In this document: positions 58,027 to 64,000 of the stretch, one piece after another
Layout of the letters: every line of letters starts with the position of its first letter
Position numbering within the stretch: the stretch's first letter is position 1
Assembly: GCA_964627525.1 (NCBI GenBank)
Contig: CAZVIA010000005.1
Span: 6,078 to 70,077 of the forward strand
Direction: 5' to 3'
From: an uncultured Gammaproteobacteria bacterium
GTDB lineage: Bacteria > Patescibacteriota > Patescibacteriia > Magasanikbacterales > JBBTQS01
DNA length: 64,000 nt
Program-made: the position numbers and the translations under genes
Notes under the pieces: generated by a model
Database searches by the model: none
What the model was told of the DNA's origin: nothing
Seen by the model: only the letters and a program-made list of their open reading frames with translations

Positions 58027-58677
58027 TTATATGGTCTCATCATTATTTCTTCCAAGGTTACATTTACTGCAAAGTGTTCTTAGGTTTTTTACTTCATTGC
58101 TTCCGTCCTTTGAGAAGGGTTTTATGTGGTCAACATGCAAGATCACACCTCTCTGGGTGGCTGGACTTCTACCACACATTACACAAGAAAAATTATCTCG
58201 TTTTAATATCTGCAACCTCTTTTTTTCATTTATCGTTCTTGATTTTGCAGTACTTTTTTGGTTGAGTAATTTTTCGAATTGTATATCACCCTTCTTGTAT
58301 TTTATAAACGCACTGCAAGCTTTCATCCAGCCACCCCAACGGTTAATATATGGCTTTGCAGTAAACTCTGAGAGAGGAGACTTCATTTCACTATAAAATG
58401 GCTGCCTACCAAGAGAACGCCAAATTTTTTCTAAGTTATTAAAAAGAACTTTTTCAGTAATTTTATGTTCTCTTATTATATCTAGTCCGGCTTTTTGAAC
58501 AGCTTTATTCCATGAACCAAATCTATTAATAAATACTTTGGTTGAAAAAGTGCCATGCTTAACATAGTCGCGAAAACTAACATTATTCTTTTTAAGTTTC
58601 TTGGCGACTTTTCGTAGGTCTTTTAGTAATTCTTCATTACTAGAAAATTTGGCGTTCGTCCGTAGTTTAAAATCCAT
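58027..58677 (-). CDS. HNH endonuclease (C-terminal CVMCG...HVDHIKP...N...CSKCN); N-terminal tandem RFGSWNKA / RWGGWMKA repeats
   Basis: His-Me finger spacing; cassette context. Confidence 0.65.
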   Translation of the reverse strand: MDFKLRTNAKFSSNEELLKDLRKVAKKLKKNNVSFRDYVKHGTFSTKVFINRFGSWNKAVQKAGLDIIREHKITEKVLFNNLEKIWRSLGRQPFYSEMKSPLSEFTAKPYINRWGGWMKACSAFIKYKKGDIQFEKLLNQKSTAKSRTINEKKRLQILKRDNFSCVMCGRSPATQRGVILHVDHIKPFSKDGSNEVKNLRTLCSKCNLGRNNDETI

Positions 58678-58704
58678 AAAAATTTACAAAAAATTATAAA
58701 TTTC

Positions 58705-58791
58705 ATTTAACGTCGGAATTATGAGAAGTCGCCGAAGGCGATTTGGGTGGAGAAGTCTGCAAGACTTCGTAACCTCATAATCCTTGTTATA
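58705..58791. repeat. attC-like element G: ATTTAAC-gtc-GGAATTATGAG ... CCTCATAATCC-t-GTTATAT; ATTTGGGTG motif
   Basis: Read directly; inner hairpins TCGCC/GGCGA and GAAGTCT/AGACTTC. Confidence 0.65.
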
Positions 58792-58861
58792 TTCCCCGAA
58801 GGGCTGAAATTTAGTGCAACGTCCCGAAGGGAAATTTCAGAGTCGTCGTGTTTATATTTTT

Positions 58862-59605
58862 TTATTGAGGGTTTCCACCGTATCTAGAAAGAACATATAT
58901 AGAAACATCTCCTAGATGAAGTCCTTGTTTGGATTCAACCTTATGTTCTTGAGAAATTTTTAGTTTATATTTTTCTACATGGTTTGCAGGGTTATTTTCC
59001 TTCCCAGCAAAATGAAAATAAGGCATGATTATGATTCCATCTTGTTTTAAATACTGAGGAACTTCTCTGAAAAATCTTTGTAGGAGTTCAGTGCCTCCAA
59101 GCATACTTCTTCTCAACATTTCATCTTGATTTGGGTCACCTTCAAATTTTTCAGGTTCTTCAGAAAAAAATGGGTGATTGAATAAAACAATATCATAGAT
59201 TCTGTTTTTGGGAAGACCATTAAATAAATCGCTTTGATAAACTTCAGCATTCGCAAGTTTATGTTGCGTGATATTTTTTTGGGTGTTGGCAACTGCTTTA
59301 GGATTAATATCTGCAAACGTAATTGATTTAGCTCCATATTTTGACATTACTATTCCTTGTGTTCCTGGACCACACCCAATATCAACAACATCTTTTTCAG
59401 AATATAATTCTTGATGTTTATATAAAAATCTTGCAAGATGACTTGCAGTGGTAATAATGTCTGACCCAAAAACTCCTTTTTCAATCAACAAGTCAAGAGA
59501 GAGATGTGTCTTTTCATCTAATACAATATTTCTGATTCCTGATTCACGCTGATGAACCTGCAACTGCTTTTTTACAAGATCATATTGTTCTTTAGTGAAT
59601 GCCAT
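58862..59605 (-). CDS. Class I SAM-dependent methyltransferase (MTS-type; VVDIGCGPG, NHPF motif IV)
   Basis: Motif I GxGxG and (N/D)PPF-like NHPFF read directly; target (DNA, rRNA or protein) cannot be assigned. Confidence 0.6.
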   Translation of the reverse strand: MAFTKEQYDLVKKQLQVHQRESGIRNIVLDEKTHLSLDLLIEKGVFGSDIITTASHLARFLYKHQELYSEKDVVDIGCGPGTQGIVMSKYGAKSITFADINPKAVANTQKNITQHKLANAEVYQSDLFNGLPKNRIYDIVLFNHPFFSEEPEKFEGDPNQDEMLRRSMLGGTELLQRFFREVPQYLKQDGIIIMPYFHFAGKENNPANHVEKYKLKISQEHKVESKQGLHLGDVSIYVLSRYGGNPQ

Positions 59606-59679
59606 AATAAAAGAAAATATAAACTGATTTATAAATGTTAGGCGGAAACCCTCAAATTATAATTCTACACGACGATTGA

Positions 59680-59803
59680 ATATAACGTCTAGGTATAAGC
59701 GATGTTGCACGGGTGTATAATACGCTGAAAGCGTACACCCGTGCAATATGGGTGAAGTGAAAGAGTGAAAGGACTGAACGAAACCGCTTATACCTTGTTA
59801 AGT
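59680..59803. repeat. attC-like element C: AATATAAC-gtct-AGGTATAAGCG ... CGCTTATACCT-t-GTTAAGT; inner 11-bp stem GCACGGGTGTA/TACACCCGTGC; AATATGGGTG motif
   Basis: Read directly. Confidence 0.7.
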
Positions 59804-59814
59804 GATGTAAATTT

Positions 59815-60333
59815 TTATTTTGTATTGTTTCCGATTATCAAAGTGATGTTGCCATCTTTCTCTTCTCTTATACTTTGGCCCTTAATTGGACCTGAAAAAA
59901 CTCCTTGAGCTATGCTGGTGAAATCATATCCATTTTGCTCTAGATAGTCTTTGATCTCATAACCGAATTGGATGGCCTCAGCGTCTCCCATGACCGTTGT
60001 TATTCCTATTTTTTTATCTCTGAAATTTTCAAGTTGTTGTTTTAATCCTTCGGTAAGATGACGCTGAGGTGTTCCTATGTTGACTTGCCCAGCCGTAATG
60101 CCGCCTTGTTGATTGTTACTAGTCACATTAAATATATTGTCTGTCATATTTGTGCTTGTTAGGTAATAAACTGCTACTCCACCGACAATGACAACTGTCA
60201 GTGGAATAAAGAAATATTTGTTAATTGGTTTGCTCCAAAATTTGGGGTTTTTCGGCTGGGCAATTTTATTGATTTCGCCAGCGGTTGTTCCACCTTTTTG
60301 GTTGTTACTTGTTACGTTGATTATTTTTTTCAT
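59815..60333 (-). CDS. Hypothetical membrane-anchored protein with two INVTSNNQ(K/Q)GG(T/I)TAG repeats
   Basis: Internal duplication and one TM; cassette gene. Confidence 0.4.
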   Translation of the reverse strand: MKKIINVTSNNQKGGTTAGEINKIAQPKNPKFWSKPINKYFFIPLTVVIVGGVAVYYLTSTNMTDNIFNVTSNNQQGGITAGQVNIGTPQRHLTEGLKQQLENFRDKKIGITTVMGDAEAIQFGYEIKDYLEQNGYDFTSIAQGVFSGPIKGQSIREEKDGNITLIIGNNTK

Positions 60334-60346
60334 AAAAATTTATTTC

Positions 60347-60440
60347 ACTTAACGTTTCAGTATATGCGATGTTTTGCGAAGTATGAGCAAAATATGGGAG
60401 AGCGAAGTGCAACGAGCGAACCGCATATACTGTGTTAGGC
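60347..60440. repeat. attC-like element D: ACTTAAC-gttt-CAGTATATGCG ... CGCATATACTG-t-GTTAGGC; AAATATGGGAG motif
   Basis: Both ends match RYYYAAC / GTTRRRY exactly; 11-bp perfect outer stem. Confidence 0.75.
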
Positions 60441-60613
60441 GAGCCGAACGGAGCGATAGCGGAGTGAGAGTGCAACGTGCCTTGCGTATTTTTGAAAAAT
60501 TTATCCATATTATTCCGTTTTTGGTGGGCTTTTTATATTTGTATTTGATTTTTTTGTTTTGAAAAATGGAAGAGGGGCTGGGGGTGAATTCCATTTTTCA
60601 AAACTCCTTATTA

Positions 60614-63127
60614 TTAAATCTTAATGTTTAATTTTTTTAGTACCATTTCAGAAATGGAACTTAGCATGTTTTTTGATTTATTAATTAATGCTTTTGCTTC
60701 TTCTCTTTGATTTATTGCTTCTTCTGCAATTTTTCTTTGATCAGCTATATTTGGTTTAACTATTTTTATCTTAAAAAAGTCTTTAAGTCGTAAATTTTTA
60801 ATACCAGTTGTCTGATTCTGTATATAGTCCATATAACCTGACTTATAAAGTGTTTGTAAATAGACAAAGACATATTCTGGTAGCAATGTGTTTTCTTTTA
60901 TTTTCATTTTTTGCAAAAAGTTACTAAAGACAACGGGTTTATCAAATGGTAAATCCTCAATTATTGCCACTCTCCCAACAGGTTGAATTGGACTTCCTCC
61001 TGATTTTTCTACTAAAATTTCTCCTTTTTTTAATGCAAGTTTTTCTGCTTTATTTTTTTTAATATAACGCTGGGCTACATCTGAAAAATCAAGATTGAAG
61101 TCGTTATGAAAATTTGTATTTCTAACTACATAGCAAAGTTCATAATCTGAATTTGGTTCAAAATTAATTGGATCCTCGCCCCATTCTCCCGCAACAGAGC
61201 TTTCGACTATGTCTTCAAGAATGATATTTGATTGGCTGTTATTCTCGATGACATTCTGTAAGTTTTTAAAAAATGGTCTATAAAAGTAAGGATCAAAACG
61301 ATCTTGTAGTTCATTATTATCAATAAAAAATGTTTCAGGCTCTTTTTTCTTAGTTACATTTTTTTTATTTAAGTATGTATCGAGAATATCTATCAAGTCA
61401 TTTTTTGGATCACGTTTTCCAGTTGCTTCATAGCCAATATGATCAGCTATTGCCATAAAAACTTTGTATTTTTTTTCTTTTTCTTGCTTATCCTTTTTTC
61501 TTAAAAATAAGAGGGATGACTTTACTGCTGCTCCATAATGAACGAATGTAAATTGTGGTAGACTAATTATTGCTTCTATTTGGCAATGATCCATTATAAA
61601 ATCACGCACATATTGAAATGTTGAGTTCATGAGTATTCCGTCAGGCAAAACAATTGCCATTCTTCCAGTGCCGTATTTTAGAAAATCAATGCAACGCTCA
61701 ATAAATAAAATTTCGGTTTTTTGATTGTCTCGGCATTTTTTCCCATTTTGTCCAAAATTAAATTTTTCAATATAAGGGTGTTCACTTCTTTTTACATTCG
61801 CCCCAAATGGTGGATTTGTTACAATTACATCAAATTTATTTATTTCAAAGCCACGATTTTTACCATTCATTTTTTCAATATCTTCTAACGCATCAAAGCC
61901 AATTACATTTGTGTGTCCGTCATCATGAATAATCATGTTCATTTTAGCAACGCGTGCAATTGAATCATTTATTTCAATGCCAAAAAGATTGTTTTGAGCA
62001 AAATCATGCCAAAAGCGATATTTTTCTGTTTCATCATCCTTGTAGTATTCCTCAGCTTGACTTCGTACTTCATCAAGAGCGTGCAAAAGAAAACCACCAG
62101 AACCACAGGCAGGATCAAGCACGAGATCATCATTTTTAATCTCCATCATTTTAACTGCGAAGCTAACGATTTCACGCGGAGTAAAAAATTGCCCGCTTTT
62201 ACCTTTGAAAAAATCTTCCATAAATTGCTCAAAAGCTACGCCTTTTGTATCAAGATCAGTTTTACTAAGGGAAACGCTTTGCAAATGTCCAACTACTGTA
62301 TACAGTTCTTCTGGGTCAATTTTTAGACTTTCCTTAAAAACTTCTGGATCTTTTTGTTTTGCCTCTTGATAAATAGCGTCTAATCTTTTGTATACACTTT
62401 CAGCCTTTTCATGTGTTTTGATTTGAAAATCGTAGAATTCACCATTTTTTCTTCCACGTTTTTCATCACGAATTTTTACAAAAATGATTTTACAAAGCTC
62501 ATCAAAAGCTACGGTTGGATTTCTTTTTCCGCCAGCCCATAAAGTGTTTTGAGATTTTTCAAGAGTTCGTTTAAGTTCTAATTTATCGAGTGTCTTTAAG
62601 TCCCAATCGGGATCGCCTTTTTTAAAACGATATTCTTCAATTTTTCCATAAGAAATTGGAATATCGGTAATAGTGGCTTTTTCTGGTTCTTTATCATTCC
62701 ATTCCGCCGTTTCCATTGCTCTGCGAGTATTGCCAGCAACGCAAATTGCAAACGGAGCATGAAGTACGCGAGCGTTGCCGATTGCTTGTTTGGTAGCTTG
62801 TTCAAATTCTGCATCCGATACTCCGTCTTTTTTGCACTCAACGACGATGTAGGGTTTCTTTTTTGCGTCGTCTTCATAAATAACAATATCAGCAAAAAAA
62901 CGAGGCACGCGAGCAGGCATTTCCGTTTCGAGTTCTAAACGCTTTGCAGGATAGTGATATTTTTCAAGCAAATCAAAATAGTATTCAGCACGGACTTTTT
63001 CCTCTGGATCATTCAAATTTTCTTTGTGTCCTGACGGCAGGTATTCTATTTTTGCACCATCATTAAAAACACGAAAATATCCTTTTTTCTCGCCGTCATT
63101 TAATATTTTTTCCAGAGTATTTATCAT
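60614..63127 (-). CDS. Single-chain Type IIG/IIL-like restriction-modification enzyme: N-terminal PD-(D/E)xK nuclease, gamma-class N6-adenine MTase (DPACGSGGFL, NPPFG), C-terminal TRD-like region
   Basis: ADIVIYEDD...VVECKK nuclease motif; FTPREIVSFAVKMMEIKNDDLVLDPACGSGGFLLHA and VTNPPFGANV methylase motifs. Confidence 0.7.
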   Translation of the reverse strand: MINTLEKILNDGEKKGYFRVFNDGAKIEYLPSGHKENLNDPEEKVRAEYYFDLLEKYHYPAKRLELETEMPARVPRFFADIVIYEDDAKKKPYIVVECKKDGVSDAEFEQATKQAIGNARVLHAPFAICVAGNTRRAMETAEWNDKEPEKATITDIPISYGKIEEYRFKKGDPDWDLKTLDKLELKRTLEKSQNTLWAGGKRNPTVAFDELCKIIFVKIRDEKRGRKNGEFYDFQIKTHEKAESVYKRLDAIYQEAKQKDPEVFKESLKIDPEELYTVVGHLQSVSLSKTDLDTKGVAFEQFMEDFFKGKSGQFFTPREIVSFAVKMMEIKNDDLVLDPACGSGGFLLHALDEVRSQAEEYYKDDETEKYRFWHDFAQNNLFGIEINDSIARVAKMNMIIHDDGHTNVIGFDALEDIEKMNGKNRGFEINKFDVIVTNPPFGANVKRSEHPYIEKFNFGQNGKKCRDNQKTEILFIERCIDFLKYGTGRMAIVLPDGILMNSTFQYVRDFIMDHCQIEAIISLPQFTFVHYGAAVKSSLLFLRKKDKQEKEKKYKVFMAIADHIGYEATGKRDPKNDLIDILDTYLNKKNVTKKKEPETFFIDNNELQDRFDPYFYRPFFKNLQNVIENNSQSNIILEDIVESSVAGEWGEDPINFEPNSDYELCYVVRNTNFHNDFNLDFSDVAQRYIKKNKAEKLALKKGEILVEKSGGSPIQPVGRVAIIEDLPFDKPVVFSNFLQKMKIKENTLLPEYVFVYLQTLYKSGYMDYIQNQTTGIKNLRLKDFFKIKIVKPNIADQRKIAEEAINQREEAKALINKSKNMLSSISEMVLKKLNIKI

Positions 63128-63328
63128 AATTTTAAACCTTAAAAGTAAAAGTTATTTGTATTATATAAGTATTTCTCTTGTTTATTCAATTTATAAATAA
63201 ATCGTTTTCGGAGCGATAGCGGAGAAAACACCTTTTACCCCCCCCTCTTTAAAAATTAAAAAAATCAAATTCCTTATTTCTTAAAGCCCACCAAAAACAT
63301 TTTAAAAACAAATTTTTCAAAAATATGT

Positions 63329-63471
63329 CGTCTAACGTTCCCGTGTATGAGAAGTTTCTCCGACTTCCTTATTCTCTATGATAGAGGAGGCGAAATTTGG
63401 GTGAAAGAAAAAGTGCAACCGCTAAAAATTATTAACGCACTTTTTCTTGAACCTCATACACGCTGTTATGT
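63329..63471. repeat. attC-like element E: GTCTAAC-gtt-CCCGTGTATGAG ... CCTCATACACGC-t-GTTATGT; AAATTTGGGTG motif
   Basis: Outer arms 10/12 complementary; longer variable centre. Confidence 0.6.
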
Positions 63472-63482
63472 GATGTTTAATT

Positions 63483-63932
63483 TTAAGCTTCTAGGTCTAG
63501 TAATTTTTTGCACTCATCTCGCATAAACTCGGGATATATTTCTAACTTTGGTGTCCCACGTTTAATAATTTCAGAAGCCGGAATAATAATTCTTTGCGGA
63601 TGAGATTCGGTTTGATCATTCATGCCAGCTCCATACACGATGCCTTTCATCTTTGCCCATATAGCGGCCGAGGTACACATTGGACATGGTTCATAAGTAG
63701 TATACAAATAGCAGTCGAACAATTTATTCCCAAGCTTTTTGGCCGCGGCTCGGATAGTATTGATTTCAGCGTGTGCTGTAGGATCAATATCGCGTCTAAC
63801 CGTAGTAAAGGCTTCTGAAATTATTTCATCATCCTTAACAATAATTGCCGCAACTGCATGTCCGCCTTCTTTGTGCTTTTCAATGGCAAGCTCGATAGCC
63901 TTATTCATTATGTCTTTGTTAGGATGATGCAT
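63483..63932 (-). CDS. CMP/dCMP-type zinc deaminase (TadA/dCMP/guanine deaminase family)
   Basis: HAEINTIRAA ... YEPCPMCTSAA (H-A-E ... P-C-x-x-C) zinc motif. Confidence 0.75.
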   Translation of the reverse strand: MHHPNKDIMNKAIELAIEKHKEGGHAVAAIIVKDDEIISEAFTTVRRDIDPTAHAEINTIRAAAKKLGNKLFDCYLYTTYEPCPMCTSAAIWAKMKGIVYGAGMNDQTESHPQRIIIPASEIIKRGTPKLEIYPEFMRDECKKLLDLEA

Positions 63933-63955
63933 AAAAAAGCTTAAAATTAAATTTC

Positions 63956-64000
63956 ACATAACGTTTCAGTATATGCGATGTTTTGCGGAACGTAGTGGAG
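63956..64000. repeat. attC-like element F (truncated at window end): ACATAAC-gttt-CAGTATATGCGATGTTTTGCG, nearly identical to the 5' half of element D
   Basis: A 40-nt stretch (aaatttcacNtaacgtttcagtatatgcgatgttttgcg) matches 60341-60380 at all but one position. Confidence 0.6.

Noticed and set aside
56758-63471. CRISPR array
   Set aside because: The repeats are not identical and not regularly spaced. They are 90-140 bp imperfect palindromes separating whole genes, not 25-50 bp direct repeats with short spacers. No cas genes present.

Overview
This is a low-GC (~32-38%) bacterial segment with compact, mostly minus-strand operons, many small genes and mostly no Shine-Dalgarno sequences. That is consistent with a small-genome Patescibacteria (candidate phyla radiation, CPR)-like organism; this assignment is inference and was not tested. 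Housekeeping content includes ftsA/ftsZ/ybeY, pyk, lexA, nrdR, smpB plus tmRNA (ssrA), infC-rpmI-rplT, rpsU, hisS, lepB, a tRNA-Asp and a cell-envelope glycosylation cluster (3 GT4, GT2, Wzy-like, Wzz-like).

Four things stand out against that background:
1. 56758..64000: an integron-like array of at least 8 single-gene cassettes on the minus strand (ATPase, HNH nuclease, methyltransferase, fused restriction-modification enzyme, deaminase and others). Each intergenic gap holds a ~90-140 bp imperfect-inverted-repeat element with attC-like RYYYAAC...GTTRRRY ends, covarying stems and a conserved AATATGGGTG motif. The array runs off the window and no integrase is seen.
2. 11480..16300, 28510..30130, 21540..21860 and possibly 56040..56600: high-GC (~50-60%) islands encoding secreted Cys-rich repeat proteins, one with TSP3 repeats. 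One gene product (13887..14990) looks like an outer-membrane beta-barrel (signal peptide, C-terminal Phe). These genes have strong GGAGG ribosome-binding sites that the core genes lack. Two of them share a covarying two-hairpin 3' terminator module. One island sits at a tRNA-Asp whose 3' end is duplicated 190 bp away, an att-like scar; another follows ssrA.
3. 41424..53053: a 3271-aa giant surface protein and a 603-aa paralog sharing a VirB2/TrbC-like N-terminal double-transmembrane hairpin, fused to Ig/IPT and myxococcal-type Cys-rich repeats.
4. Three self-contained plus-strand genes (4104..5096, 33563..34804, 36630..37382) have moderately higher GC, consensus sigma-70 promoters (where checked), strong RBS and their own terminators. 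The last two are wedged between nrdR, ftsZ and ftsA.
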